A stretch of 64,000 nucleotides of DNA. It comes from Vicugna vicugna (Eukaryota). A program made the position numbers and the translations under genes. Below are positions 50,019-64,000 of this stretch, piece by piece. The number at the start of each line of letters is the position of its first letter. Position 1 is the first letter of the stretch. Below the pieces are notes generated by a model. It was not told the origin of the DNA. It saw only the letters and a list, made by a program, of their open reading frames with translations, and did not search any database. Where the stretch lies: assembly GCA_013265495.1 (NCBI GenBank), contig MU058198.1, forward strand, positions 942,419 through 1,006,418, written 5' to 3'.

Positions 50019-50020
<2 letters not shown>

Positions 50021-50059
<39 letters not shown>

Positions 50060-50077
50060 CTTCTTCTTATTATTATT
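50021..50077. repeat. (TTA)n microsatellite at a MIR tail
   Basis: Direct reading; preceded by ctcaataaatgatagcta. Confidence 0.9.
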
Positions 50078-51346
50078 GAAAAATTCTTGGATTCAGAACT
50101 GCCTCTGAGTCTCAAGTCAGGGAGCTACTAGGTATGTGGCTGTGGACAGGTCTTTGAAAACTCTCAGTCACTCTTCCTTTCTGTGTGGCATTCATCACAT
50201 ATGTACTGTTGCAAGTGTCAGGCACGGTGCTAGCTGGGGAGAGGGTTTCACCTGGAGGAGCTCAAAATCTAGTAAAGGAGACAGACATACACAACAAAAA
50301 TAATTCATGTATATAACCTGAGAGCCGGGGGTATAGAGCACCTTGGAGTCAGACAGACAGGGGTTCAATTTTTGGCTCTGAGCAAATCACGTCATCTTTT
50401 TTAGGCCTCAGAATCCTCATTCATAAAATGAACACAGTGATTAGTAAAATGGACAGGTTCTATGACAATAGAAAAGGCCGCATAGAGCTGTTTTATGCTT
50501 TTAAAGCAATAACACGATATGTCAATATCAAGTCCTTAGCAATGCGCCCGGCACATATCAAGCAAAAGTTTGAGAAATTTTTGCATCTGTATAATGCATT
50601 AATCCCCATCCTGCCTGCATATATCACAAGGATGTTTGGATATTAAATGAAGTCATATAAGTGAATGAGATTTTCAAGATGTGATATAAAATATTAGTTG
50701 TTACTGTTGTAAGTTCCTGGAGAAGGCAGCATACATAGAAGTTGCTCAGCATCCCTATTATCTAAACTGGGCATGTAATAAATATTTGGTGATGTTGTTC
50801 CTCTTGTCCGATGGAGCTCTGTTTCCAGGGCTTTCTTTAGCCAAAAGAAGGGCACAGAAGCAGAGACTGGAAAAGCAGTTTCCAGATGAGATTGCAATTG
50901 GAAGAGCAGGTGATTGCATGCAATTTATTTTCCGAATATCTTCTTCAACTTCATGCCTATCTCTTTCTATCCATTCCACAGGCCACCTCCTGCCATCCTC
51001 TGCACAGGTGTGGGCCATGACTTTGCAGGAGATAAGGGAAATCTGAAGCCAACTGGAGAGGGTCTTCAGAGGAAAAAGCTCGGCTGCACAGGCTAGGGGT
51101 TGGTGAAGGGGAGGATGGTGTTGACACTAATGATGGTAATGGTGTAGTGTTAGCCTGTCTCAGGTCTGCTTGCAGCTTACATGGGTTCTTTCTGTCCCTG
51201 TAATTCATTCATCAGCAAACATGTTTTGAGCATTCACCATGGGCCGAGCCCTGTGCTATGCACTGCAGATAAAGGAGCGAGCAAGACATCCTCTGTGTTT
51301 TCCAACCGCTCATGCAGGGATCCCAAGTTCAAATGCCTTATGAGGG

Positions 51347-51788
51347 CTGTGTTAGGGTACCGTCAGCTGCTTTTAAAAATCAAACCCGCTGTTTCCAACA
51401 TTTCAGTGGCTTTCACACAATAAGAATGCTTTACTCTCTAATGAAACAGTCCCACGCGGGGGTTCCTGGTGGGTGGCAGGGAGGTGGGGAAGTTTCTCCC
51501 CAGTCATTCAGGAATCTAGGCTGATGGAGGCTTTTCCATCTTAAACATGTACCTTCCAGGATTGCCCTGGGCATCACTATTCAGCTGACAGACGAGGGAG
51601 GAGAGAGAGGACCCTGCCTGGAAGCTTTTTAATGGGCCAGGATGGGAGGTGTTCCTCATCCGGTCTCCTCGAATTCATTGGCTAGAACTCAGTCACTAAC
51701 TGCAAGGCAGGCTGCAAAATGTAATATAGCTTTGAGCTCAGGGAAAAGGGAAGAAAGGTTTGGTGATGGAATATTGTTCTCTGCCATG
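51347..51788 (-). mobile_element. MaLR LTR (MLT1J-like)
   Basis: tttcagtggctttcacacaataaga...cagtcattcaggaatctaggctgatggagg...attcattggctagaactcagtcac..aactgcaagg. Confidence 0.7.
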
Positions 51789-52556
51789 GGAGTCATTAGA
51801 AGTGAGTGCGCCAGGGCAGATCAGGGCTGTGGCCGTCGGGACAACAGAGCTCTCTGTAGGAGCAGATGCGTCTCAGCTCACAGGATCATTGCCAGGTGGA
51901 AAATGTTGCCAAATCTTTGGCTTTTTCAAGAGAAGCCAAAAATCTGGATTTTTAAGTATAATTTCCCAGTTCTTAAACATTGGCAGTTAATTCAAAAATT
52001 TAAAGGCATAACGTGGGCAGTATGATGCCACCCAAACGAATCATACTGCAGGCCAAATGTAGCCCAGGGATTGCCTGTTTTTGCCCTCAGGCGCACGGTA
52101 CTGCCGGAGAGACCTAAACATGTAATTACACTTCAGTGTGATCGGGGCTGGTGTTCTGTCCAGTGATTTGTTTAGTCACCTGATATTTATGAGCATCTTA
52201 TATATGCTAGGTTCTCTTCCAGGTGCTGAAGAGAAAGGTGTGAATAAGAGAGACACAATCCCTACCTTCAAGGAGCTTACAGTCTACTGGGGAAGGCAGG
52301 TATTGAACCAGTGTGTACAAAGGAGAAGAACAGGTACAGTAAGGGAAGCTAACTGGCCAGGGGAATCAAGGAAGGCTTCCAAAAGGAAGAGAGGTTTAAG
52401 GTGAGATATAAGCTGTGAGGGGGAGTTATCCAGATGAAGGGCACCAAGGGAAAGTATGCTCCAGTTGAGGGAGCCGCATGTGCAAAGGCCCTGAGGTAAG
52501 AAAGAAGACTGCACTTGAAGAACTCCTGGAATTCCATTGAGATGGGAGATGTAGAG

Positions 52557-53452
52557 CAGCCCTGTGGCCAACATTTTTGGGGCCCAAGGGAGGCCTGCAT
52601 AACTTATGCCTAAACATTTTCAACTATCAATTAAATTTAACAAGTACACTATGAATGAAAATGAATATCAAAACCCAAATCAAAGTGATTTAAATAAAAG
52701 TGAAATTGATGCTTTAAGAACTTAAATTCAATCTCATTACATAATTTTAGCACTTAAAGTTCAGCTAGTTGTTGACATGAAGGTTAGATATCCTACTTTA
52801 TGCTGGTCATGAGTAGAATCTAGACATATATATGTTATATAAATACTTCAGAGTAATAGAAAACACTTAATATTGCAAACTATTTCTCAGCTACCACGTC
52901 CAACAGATTGCAAATACCATGCTCACCTATGAGTACCTCTGAACCCATGAATTGAAATATGAAGGCAAGCAAGAAAATGGTTGCTTCGCATTACCAGGAA
53001 ACAATGCTTCATTTTGTAAGAATGTATTGCATTTGCGTTATCTGAGAAGAAGGATGTGACAAGTTAATTAATTCGTATTTTCTCTTACTAAAGTGTTTTC
53101 AACGCTGAAATCGCTGCCTTCCAGGACGGTGTTTGTTTCCAAAATCAGCAGGGGCGTCAGAGACATCCTTCAGGGCATTTGAAAGCAGTCGCCTTTCGTT
53201 TTAAAGATAAAGAGCCAAGGATGCAGAGGAGCGGTCCCCTCGTGTTTGAATGGTGTTCCTCATGAAAGTGGATATTTAGGGTCTAGGTCCCACACCGCAC
53301 TGGCATGGAATGCCAGATCTCAAGGAGTCTTAAGAGTTGTCCTAGTGTTCTTTAATAAATTTATTTTGCTGTGTGTTTGTGGTATGTGGGCTATCTACAT
53401 TGTTGGGACCCAGCATGAGGACTCCTCTTTTCCCAGATCCAAGGGTGGTACT
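52557..53452. mobile_element. AT-rich hAT-Tip100-like DNA transposon remnant inserted in an L2
   Basis: L2 sequence stops at about 52556 (tgtgcaaaggccctgagg...) and resumes at about 53453 (aggccatgttaaggagtttggagtttatcc); the right end reverse-complements to agtaccacccttggatctggg, like Arthur1/FordPrefect termini as recalled. Confidence 0.5.
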
Positions 53453-55204
53453 TATGATGTAAGGAAGAATGAGGCACCAGGGAGGGTGTTTGCCAGAAGC
53501 AGGCAGGGACCCAATCACGTAGAACCTCACAGGCCATGTTAAGGAGTTTGGAGTTTATCCTAAGTGCAGTGGGAGGTCATTAAAATGTTTTAAGCAGGAG
53601 AGTGACATAACCGGATTTGAATTCTTTGAAAATGTCACTCTGAAGGTTGTGTGGAAGAGGGATTGGAACGACGCAATAGTAGAAGTGAATTCTCATTCCA
53701 AAGAGGATTGAAGGAGCAATTAAGTGGCTGTCACCCTAGTTTCTTGCATTCAAGATTCTGCATTTCTGTAGATGCATCAGCTTTGATTGGGGTCCCCTCC
53801 ATAGGACGACATGTTAGCATTCATTCTGGATTTGTTCTCAGCTGGGAATTAGGCTCAGCAAATAGTTTTAGGTGCTTAGAGAAAAGCCTTCCTTTAATAT
53901 TTAAATATTTGGTTTGAAGGATTCTCTAACTTTGGAGGAGATAGGGCGTTGAGGTGGGAAGATCTGCTTATGCTTTAAGGTGGATGGCCAATTCCGTGAG
54001 AGGGGACAGAAGTAGAGATCCTGAGATGAGAAAAGAAAAGTGTGTGTAGAGATGTCAGGTGAGCAATAGCGTCACCTGGGCCAGGGTGGGTAGTGTGGGT
54101 GGGTCCCAGGCCTCGCCAGTGGGGGTGTCTTGTTGCAGGCCCTCTTGGCCTCTACTTCCTCATGGACAATATTTTATTTGGAGGTTTTTGCCTCTGATCT
54201 CACTTATTTTCCTTCTGGAAATTATTCCAAGCATTAGGGAGAAAGGCATGGAGGAAGAGGATGCCCTGTGTAAACACTTGGGAATTAAACCCTAACTATT
54301 TTATGTCCATAAGGACAATGACTCCATTAACCGTGCTTAACAGGGGCCAGCTTTAAATTTCAGAATGACTTTTAACATTGTCTTTGCCTCCTCATCCAAA
54401 GAAGGACCCAGGCTGGCAGATTCTCCTTCATGTATCTCCTTTCTCATTTCTTACGCTGCTCTCTTTGTTCAGGGCTTTATCATCTTATGTGTCATTTTGT
54501 AAAATGGGTTGGGTTCTGCTGTCATACCAAACAGGGCCTGAGTCTCAGCTCTCTTCGTGGAATTGACATCACTTTTGCAAAGCACAGTTTACTCGTCTAC
54601 ATAGCGAGAACAAAGACAGAGACTGTCTGAGGAAGAAGTAAGATCATGCGGTTCGAGCCCCCAGCAAGGTTAGCTCCCTTCCTTCCGGCGCTGCTTTGAG
54701 AAGTGAGCGCTCGGGTGCCCAGGCACCAGCAGAGGGCTCGTTCCCTGCTTCAGATCCTCCCTTCCCTCTGGCAGTGACTGCTGTCTCTTGTAAAAAGGGT
54801 CTTTCATTTCTTGAGCCTCAGGGCTCCTTGGAAGAATTCTGCTCTTCCAGTCCAGATGTGGCTGAAACTATTGGTCTCCCACCCAAGATCCTTCTACCCT
54901 CTTCCTCCGTAATAAAGCCTGTGGCCATGTGCTCTGGGTAAGTATATCCCCCACTTGTGCAGATGAACCGTAATTGTCCCGGCTCTGTCACTCGCTCTAG
55001 ATGGGTGACTTTTGTGTGACTTGCTTTATCTCTCTGAATCTCAGTGCTGAATCTGTGAAGTGGGGACATGGACAGATGTGAAGATACATGGAAGGTCCTT
55101 GGCATGCCAGGGGCCTTTGATAAATGGTAGGTATGGAGGTATGACTGCTTTACCTTTCATTAAATTTAGAGTGATGGGTTTCCAGCTGTGTACAGGGGTT
55201 CTGA

Positions 55205-55380
55205 GGTCCCTCAGATGGTGCTTCTTACGCCGCAGGGTGCACAGGAATTACCTGATTTCTTGTTAAAATAAAGATTTAAACTCAGCAAATCTGGGATGGA
55301 GTCTGAGATTCTACATTTCTAACAGACTCCCAGGTGATCCTGCCACTGCTGATCCATGGACCAGGCTTTGCACGGCCAAG
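55205..55380. mobile_element. MER5-family hAT element
   Basis: tcagcaaatctgggatggagtctgagattctacatttctaacagactcccaggtgat...gctgatccatggacca. Confidence 0.7.
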
Positions 55381-56902
55381 GTCTACAAGGAGTACAAGTG
55401 GAGATCCCACTGACATAAGAGGGAGGAAGACGCGGAGACAATCTGCGTTCTCCTCGCTTTTTGCTTCTCATTCAGGCTTCTCTGGTTCTTAGCCCTAGTG
55501 GATGGGGTCTCTGTTGAGTTAACAGAAATGTTGTTAGTCTGTATCTTGGAGGACATCCCATCCAGGCTGAGCAACATGGGAGCCACGGGTGATGGGCTAA
55601 TTCTTTGAGTCCAGTCAGTGGTGCATTTCTGAGTGATGGCTCCTTAAGAGCAGCAAATTGCTCTCCAAATTCAGATTTCCGCTCAACTGCTTCAGGCAAA
55701 CCTAACCTTTCAAACACAAGCAGTTTGGGTGTGCCGAGGCACTCGGGGCACTGGGAGGAGTTTAAGGGAATTCCATTTAAGATGCAATTTCTGATTAGTC
55801 CCTGATAATAGCATCTCTGCCAAAGTGGATGTGGAGGAAGGATGTGGCTGGAAATTCAGTCTTGTGGTGATCTGAGGGAGGCGTGTGCCATCTGATGTCC
55901 TGGAGTGAACTCACCTGGGCTGTGATCTCAGACTTGCTGGAAGATGGCTGGAGGGGTCAGGGTTTTGTGTTGGCAGGTGCTGCCTCTTGTATCTCCTCTC
56001 CTCAGGGTCTAAGCCGTGCTTGGCAAAGGGTAGGTGTCCAGGTTATGTCTGTGCCTTTTGATGTGATCCTCCCTGAAGCCCTGCCCAATTTGGGGAATAT
56101 TCTCTGCTCTGACTTTGTGTCCTCCCTGTCTTCAAAACCCATTTTAGAGGTCCCTTCTTCCTGGAAATTGCCTCCCCCTCCTCCTCATCTCTTTCCACCT
56201 CCACCTTCTTCATCACTGGTATCATCAGCATCCTAATTATAACCGCCTTCTAGTTATTCTCGTTATTACTATGGTTAATATCATTTATTGCCATTCCCCC
56301 AGGTCCTGAGCACTGAGACAGGGGCTGTGACATCTGCCCCTCTCCACAATTTATTGTCACCTCCATCACACTATGTCTCCGAAGGGCTAAGTCGCTTGCC
56401 TGACATCACGGAGTTAGAAAGTGGTGGAGCTGGGATTTGAGATTAAGTTTCTCTCTCTGCAAAGTTCTTGCTTTTAACCTTCATGTTATCAACTTCCCAA
56501 TCTTAGAAAGAAAAAGGGAGGCCCTGTTGTGTCAATTCCGAGGATTGCTCCTTCACTCTGCATCCCATCCCTACACCGGATAGCACGCTACTTAAAAACT
56601 TGGCTGGTGAAGCTGGTCATCTTCAGTTTAAATGTTGGCTCTGCCACTTCCTAGGTATGTGACTGGGAGCAAATGTCTGAACCTTTCTGGCCTTGATCTA
56701 TTCATCTGTAAAATGGGGACAAAACATCTTAGAGTTGTACAGGGATTAGATGAGTTTAGTTCTAAAACAGTTTTGGCACGTGTCAGCTATTATTGTTACC
56801 CAGTTTTGCTATGTCAACTGGACTTCACTGAGAAGTTATCTGTTTTGTTCATTCAGTCATCAATTCAACAAATATGTATTAAACAGCTACTCCATGTCAG
56901 AT

Positions 56903-57318
56903 ATGTAGTTGGTGCTATAAATATTCTCAAAAAAATTTTTTTTGATTAGCATTTGAATCAGAAAACTGAGTAAAGCAGATTGCCCTCCCCAATGCGGGTG
57001 GGCCTCGTCTGATCTGCTGAAGGCCTGAATAAAGAGCTCAGTAGGAAAAACCCATTCTCTCTACCTGACTGTCTTTGAGCTGGGACATCAGTCTTCTCTT
57101 GATGTCAGAGTCAGACTGAAACTGATACCAGTAGCCCTAAGACTTGGACTAGAACCTACATTATTGAATCGTCTGGATCTCCAGCTTGCCAACTGCTTAT
57201 CTTGAACTTTTCAGCCACGTGAGCCAATCTTTTACCATAAATATCACTATTATATCTATATCCATATCCATATCTACTGCCTATTGGTCCTGTTTCTCTG
57301 AGAACCCAGACTAATACA
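56903..57318 (+). mobile_element. MLT2 (ERVL) LTR
   Basis: gattagcatttgaatcag..actgagtaaagcagattgccctccccaatgcgggtgggcctc...tgtttctctgagaacccagactaataca. Confidence 0.85.
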
Positions 57319-57882
57319 GCTACCTCCATGTTTGCAATACGAATTTCACTTCCTGGCATTCCTAGTTGCTATGGTGAGTCCTCATCTGCATGTATATTTA
57401 AGGAAACATCCCAGTTTATTACAAGTTGTTTAGAAGAACTTGGCCATGGTGTCTGTTTGCAGTTAATATTGGACAAGGTGGAAAATGGCTTGGCTCTAAG
57501 TGGCTTCTAATCAGTGACAACAGATGTTCGCAGAAGGCAGAATTTTCTTTGAATTGTTGTTTTGATAATAACATTAAACAGAAATTCTAAGGTAGAAAGA
57601 GGAGATTTAGTTTGAGCCATAAGGGTTTTTGCTGAGAGATTCTGGGTACATGGGTGATGGAGCTTCCCACAGTATCTGAAGCATCAGAGCTGGCTACCCC
57701 GAGGTCACTGGATCTGTCTCCCACTCCCTGAGCTCTGGAATTAGAGGAAGGACATCTTCTGAAATTATGAGACTTAGACTTTTATTTAATAAAGTCCCAA
57801 ATATAAAGGGGATTAAAAATTCCTTTCCCTCTTATAAATACTTCCTCTCTGCAAGGATTCTTCTCATCTTCCTTTGGCTGAG

Positions 57883-58080
57883 GCAATGGTGTGCTGAAAC
57901 CAGCTCCAGCTGGCTGACAAGAACTCACTGTTACCTATTTTGGAGTTTTGGAAGCAGTTGTTAAACTGTTGGTAGCTTGAAATTAGCCATGGTGAGATTA
58001 TTTACATCAATGACATCTTCAAATGTTACAAATCAGGGTTGTTTGTTTTCCGGAGAGCCAGGTTACCTGCATACCACTGG
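57883..58080. mobile_element. MER63-like hAT element
   Basis: Inverted termini caatggtgtgctg ... gcataccactgg; ttggtagcttgaaattagccatggtg. Confidence 0.75.
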
Positions 58081-58089
58081 TCCTAATGA

Positions 58090-58660
58090 CCACAGTTGGA
58101 ATCTGGGTTTTTTTTTTTTTTTTTTTTTTTTGCCTGTCCGCTATCTGTTCCTTTGCCTCCTCTGATAACAGTAGATTTCATTTGGGGAAATTACTCTTTG
58201 CTCATCTCAAGTCAGTGGTTTGGGTGGGACTGACTATATCCCCCAGGTCCATGAGTGAGCATGTGACCTAGTTTGGCCAATCAGAACACTCCATTCCCCA
58301 GGCTGCAAAGATTGATTCCAAAATGGGCATGCGACTCATTTAAAACCAATCAGAGCTAATTATGGAGTTTTCTGTGACACCTCCAGGGAAGAGAATCTTG
58401 GTGTCATGAAGGATAGAGGTTGCAGGAGCTTAGAGTGTAGGAGAGGAAAGAACCTGGAGAGGACTTAGTAGAACAAGATGCCGAAGAGATGGATAGATAC
58501 CAGGGCCTGATGACATCGGTTGAGCCCCTGCAATCTGTGCTGGAAGCCAAATATCCCTCAACTTGGAAATTGCTGAGCCCATAATTCTGACTCCATCCTC
58601 ATCTTTGGCTTAAACCTGGGAATGTTGGGTTTTCTCTCTTTAAGTTATAAGTTGTAACTG
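58090..58660. mobile_element. LTR16-like ERVL LTR
   Basis: gcatgtgacctagtttggccaatcagaac...gggcatgcgactc..aaccaatcagag...cctgatgacatcggttgagcccctg. Confidence 0.6.
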
Positions 58661-59525
58661 GCAAAGTTCCATTTATTTCAGGATCCTTACAGCTTTCATG
58701 CTCTGGATGAAATTCCAAGAAAAGAAAATCTAATGGAGGGTCTGGTAGAGGGGAAGGAAGAAGAGCTTTGGCTCCAATTCTACCTGAACTTAATGAAACT
58801 TGCCATGGTTTTCAGCCGCTCTCTACTCCACCCTACACAAATCTGTCTTTCAAATACCAGTTTTACTATTTTCCATCTGTGTGAACTTGAGCAACTGCTA
58901 AACTTTGAACCTCAGTTCTTCCATATGGAAAGCCAATATATTAGTGTCTAACTCTCGTGGTTGATATGAAAATTAAGTGAGACAATTCCTAAAAATGCAC
59001 AGTGTTTTATATAGAATAAATAATCAAAAAAATCAATTACTGTAATTATCGATTAAATAAATGTATATGTGGGTTGTCTGGAGCCTTATATTTCCTGTTT
59101 TATAATGGAAAAATATCTTTAATGTTCCAAGACCCTGACTTCCTCATGTTCAGACCCCAAGTGGAGGAATCCGTGACTGTGCAACTGAAAATTGGAAATT
59201 TGAGGTGACGTGGACATTTTAGAAGGGAAAGGATCATAAAGTTCACCTTGGTCCAGTCTGAGGGTGGGTCCTATGCCATTTCACTCACCCCTGGGTCCCC
59301 AGTGCCAGCTGTATTGTGGAGGTCCAGCACTCTCTATCAAATGAATATCCCATCCCTCATTTTCTCACTGGGAAAACAGACTAAGAGAAGATGAACCCTT
59401 GTGCTATAATGTCTTCACCTTATAATATGCAAAGAGGAGATAGATATTAAGCATCATCTTAAAACCTGGTGCTGGAATTCCTCCTGAGGAAACAGCTACC
59501 TTTGGTGAGCTCAATGGTTTGGATA

Positions 59526-59808
59526 AATGCTATCCAATAAAAATATAACGTGAGCTACATATGAAGTTAAAAATGTTCTAGTACCCATATTAAAAATGAA
59601 AGAAACAAGTGAAATTATTTACTTTAATAGATCTAAATATTATCACACTAAAATTATTAATGAGATTTTTGCATCCTTTTTTTTTTTGTACTAAGTTTTT
59701 GAAATTCAGTGTGTATTTTACATTTATGCCAAATCTCCATTTGGGCTAGCCACATTTCAAGTGCTCAGTATCATCATGTGTCTAGTGGCTACCATGTTGG
59801 TTCAGGGA
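59526..59808 (+). mobile_element. MER33
   Basis: tgctatccaata...ttctagtacccatattaaaa...ctagccacatttcaagtgctcagta...tagtggctaccatgttgg. Confidence 0.8.
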
Positions 59809-60249
59809 TTTGCTAAACTGTTTTGCAGGAGGTAAGGAGGGAGAGTGGTAAGGATATCTGAATAGAGAATGTTTCAGTAAAATGACATAAGAATATATGC
59901 TTCTGCCAAGCATCTTGAGACACCTCTCTGGGAACCTTAAAACACTGTAGGAAAGTCAAATAATCCCCTCTGTATTAGTGAGAGTGGTTTTCTAATGTGA
60001 AATCTGGAGAAGAGCTTGAGTTTCCTATCGGGCAGCCAGAGAAGCCGGTGAACTTCCTCTGCTGCCCTGGAATTCACAGAGTCTTTGGAAGGACTCTGAG
60101 CAGGGGTGGAATTCATTGGGAAATGATGGTTCAGTACAATCTTATTTGGCTCTCACAGTGGGTAATGGGACCATGCACATAACAACATGTATTGAATAAT
60201 AAGGAAACCACAGGGGACTTTAAGAACAAAGAAGAGTTTCTTAAATCTG

Positions 60250-60840
60250 AGATGTTCAGATCAAGTTTTGGAGAACAGAAGAGTATGGAGGGGAGGCAGG
60301 TCTTCCCAGAGGAGGGGATAATGCATGTGAAGAGCCAGAGGCCAGAAAGAGCAGGGAGCACTCCTGGAATTTCAAGAAATTCCCTCTGGTGGGAGTGTAA
60401 GTAGGGGGGGAAGGTGGACAGAGAGGAAGTCAGGAGGGCAGAAGGCAGATCCTGAAGGGCTGGTGGGTCATGGTGAAGAGTTTGAGTTCTAGCCCAAGGC
60501 TAAGAAATAGAGGTTATATGCTTAAAAGCCCACTTAGGCTATGGGGAATGGTTGGAGGGGCTGGGGTAGAGGCAAAGTGGTCAATCAGGAAATTGAAGTC
60601 ATCCAGTTGAGAAGTGATGGTGATCCCATCTACTGCGGGAGTAGTAGAGATAGGTAAGAAGATTCTAGAGATGTTTTGGAGGAAGAATGGACAAAATCTG
60701 ACGAATGGTTTGTGAATGAAACTTCCTGAGTGGGCAAGTGTGTGGCCAAGTGTGTGTGACAGGGAGGAACCCAGGATAACTTCCAAATTTCTAGACTGGA
60801 CAATGGTATAGAAGATGATGTCATTTCACTAGTAGAGCAA
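60250..60840 (-). mobile_element. L2 fragment
   Basis: gcagatcctgaagggctggtgggtcatggtgaagagtttgag...gattctagagatgttttggagg. Confidence 0.65.
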
Positions 60841-62689
60841 ACATCCAATCTTGGCATGAACTCTGAGGGACACCAACAATGAGGGCACTTTTCCATAGCC
60901 TTAAATCAAGGCACCCAGATTTCTGAGGAGAGGAAAGATGAACTGAAATCAAATTTCTCCTAGAAATTCCAGACAGGTCACTGACTCGCAGAGTTGGAAA
61001 AATTGCATTTCCTCCCTCGGCCTCAATTTCTTTTTCCATTTGCAAAATGAAAATAATAACTCTTACTTTTATAAGGACGCTGACAGAATAAAATGCAGTG
61101 ATAGGTGTAAAGTAATGCCTTTTGAAAGTAAAGCATTCCATTATTGTTATTGTTATGCTTATCGGAAAGGGTTTGGAAAGTCTTCATCACTGTTATCGAA
61201 AATCAAACTTGAGGCCCTGGGTGGATTATGTAGATAATTATTCCAAGAGAAATTTGCATCAGAGACAAAAACCCTGAGTTCTGGAAGCTTGAGACAGTTC
61301 CAGACATTCAACCCATTCATACATTTGTTCATTCACTCAGTTGTTCAGCACTCATTGAGCACCTACTGTGTGCCAGTCATTGTATTGTGTACTGGGGGTC
61401 TAGTGGATCTGTCCCTAAGTATAACAAGAAGTGTAAAGGACATGTCCCCAAACAACTCTAATTAGATATATTTTAAAAGTTTATTACCTTCTACAGAATA
61501 TTTTTCTACACTACCAGGTGCTCAAAAAAATCCTCTGCAGTGATCATCATTATCCCCATGCTGTTGATAGAAAGACCAAGGCATAAACAGAGGAGGCCCC
61601 CTGACCAGGGCTGCCACCCACGGAGACCTAGAACTCAAAGCGGGAATTTCATCTCAGTTCAATACTGATGATGGGGGGTGGCTTGAAATAATAACGTCAG
61701 CTACGATTCTTCGAATATTGTCTTTGTGCACGGTGCTGTCCTAACAGGAATTGTGTTATTTTAATCAATTCTCTTGGTCCTAAGGAATTAATATTATCTC
61801 TATTTCAGGCAGGCAGACAGAAAATATGTGCATACATATACATATGTACATCCAACTGATTGAGCATTTATTATATGCCAAGCCAAGCAATATACATGTT
61901 TTATGATGTTTAATCTTTACAACAATCCAAGGGGATTGGTACTATCATTATCTCTATACTGTGGATGGGAGCACTGATGCTCAGAGAGGTTAAGTAACTT
62001 GCCCGAGTTCACACAGCGAGAGATACAAATGAAGTGCTGCGAGAATTCAAAAGAGAACTATTTAATGGTTGGCCTAAAAAGGTAGGGGAAAGCTTCCAAA
62101 CCCACAGACATGAATATGCCTCTGGTGGATACTGGTAATAGACAAAATATCTACATTAAGCATGAGACACTGGGCAGGGCTGAGCTGGGGTAAGTGTTTC
62201 AGTCCGGACATTGGTTTTTCCTCACCATCTGGAAATGGCAGCCTTCTGCTCTCTCTGTACCCAGAGGACCCGAGGGCAGACCTATTCCTCCCCTCTCTCT
62301 GGACAAAATGGGACCATCAGTGTCTCATGACACAAAGCCAGTTCTCTGCTGTGAAAATGAGAAAATGTTACTTAATTTCATTGACCCTCAGTTCCCTCCA
62401 TGGTAAAATGAGCTTAATAATATTTATTGCAGATGATTATTATGAGGAATAAAGGCATGTGCAGACTTAACATAGTGCCTGCACACAGCGCAATCTCCCA
62501 GAAATGCTGGATATTATTATGGGCAGTACTTGCTTTATCCCCACAAGCCTTTTTTTTATGGCAGTTTTGAAGTCAAAGTAATTCATGTTTGCAGGTGGAA
62601 TATCTGACTCTCAAATCTCTGGAGCAGTCAAGTTCATTTTATTCATTTGGCCCACTTTGTAGTGGGGACTTGGAGAGGGATTCTCCAGA

Positions 62690-63107
62690 TGCTTACTGTA
62701 ATTCTGGCTGCTGAAATACAACCCCTAAATCCAGTAGCTTAAGACTACAAAAGTATATTTCTTGCTCAGAAATTGGTTCAACATAGGTATTCCTGGTCAC
62801 TGGGGTGACTGTTCACTGGATGATCCCTGGGCCCAGGTTCTTTCCATCTTTTGGCTCTTCTCCCTCTCCAGGCCTTGGACTCCTCTGCATCCATCCAGAG
62901 GATGAGGGAGAGAACATGGAAGAACAGTGAAGGAGGTCTTCAAGGGCAAGGCATAGAAGTGGCTTGCATCACTTCCATCCACATCCTTTGCTTGGAATTC
63001 AGTCACATGGCCACATACAACTTTAAGAGAGGTTGGGAACTGTGGTCCAATCATGCACCCAAAAAGAGGAAACAGATGTGGTGACCAACTAGCCAGTCTC
63101 TGCCTCG
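62690..63107 (-). mobile_element. MaLR LTR (MLT1J-like)
   Basis: agaagtggcttgcatcacttccatccacatcc...aattcagtcacatggccaca...aactagccagtctctgcc. Confidence 0.7.
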
Positions 63108-64000
63108 CTGATCATGTCAAGGAGTCTTCAAATTTGGTCAAGAAGCCCTAAAAGAATTTACCATTGCTCTTCTGATTAGTCTGGGAAGACACTCTGGAGA
63201 AGAGATTTTAGGAACTACCAGAAAGAATGGAATTCATCTTGTTGAGGACCTACTGTGTGCAGTGTGCCTGATTCTATATTTCTGTTACTTTGTTTAATCC
63301 TTGTAGCAATGACTTGAAGGCAGTCATGGAGCAAACCCTGATAAATGCTTAGCTACTATTTATTGAGGTCCTACTGTGTGCTAGGTATCTTGCTTTACAT
63401 GTGTGGTCTTGTTTAGCCTCCTCAAACCCAGCCAGGTAGGCATCAATTTGCATCATTTTATGGTGAGAAAATTGAAGGCTACATGTGACTTGCCCTAGGG
63501 TACACAGCTAGTATGGGGCTAAACTGGGGCTGGAACTGAGCTCTGTTTTGACTCTGGAGTTCTAATTCTTTCCACTGGGGTTTGGAAAGAAACTCTTAGC
63601 TAGGATTTCTTTAAATCACAAGATCGATTTCATCTTGGACTCCCTATCCCCTGACTACCCTCCCCTGAAGTGGAAGCAGCTCTGGAGCAAGCAGGGATTT
63701 CCAGCGGCCAGAGAGAGATAGGCCAACTGAGGTCTTTCCCGACAATGCTCTGCTTCTGGGTTCAATTCCTCTCCTAATCTAACCTCTGCTATGTGCCAAG
63801 CAGTGACTAAGCCATTGACTCACTTCTTTTATGGCCTGAGGAGTCCAGCTTTGATGAGATGCGCAGTGCCTGGAAGTCAGCCACCTGCCAGCATCTGGGC
63901 CTGATGTCGGGGTTACACCTGTGGGCGTTTGAGGTGGAGATAACCAGAAGCACCATTTGGGGTGGCTTTCCGTGCTTTGCACAATCAATGTTCACTGGTG

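Overview
Mammalian genomic DNA, most likely a camelid (inferred from a tRNA-Ala-derived SINE and an L1 3' end resembling camelid families as I recall them). The only real gene visible is GPR139 on the minus strand. Its CpG-island promoter and first coding exon (29211-29334) sit mid-window, everything to the left is its long intron (exon 2 lies beyond position 1), and everything to the right is upstream intergenic sequence. The intron holds a decayed processed pseudogene of RHOG (about 1420-2645, antisense to GPR139). Upstream there is a full-length U6 snRNA/L1 chimeric retrocopy with a poly(A) tail and target-site duplication. The rest is ancient MIR, L2, L1, MaLR/ERVL LTR and hAT/Tigger debris, simple repeats and one 230-N gap. 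The most unusual signal is a set of short patches in the intron where dead L2/MIR/L1 sequence appears shifted towards G/C and has become CpG-rich, a candidate footprint of GC-biased gene conversion. I found no evidence of a new multi-gene system. Repeat family names and reference sequences are from memory, repeat boundaries are approximate, and almost all ORF-track entries are spurious.
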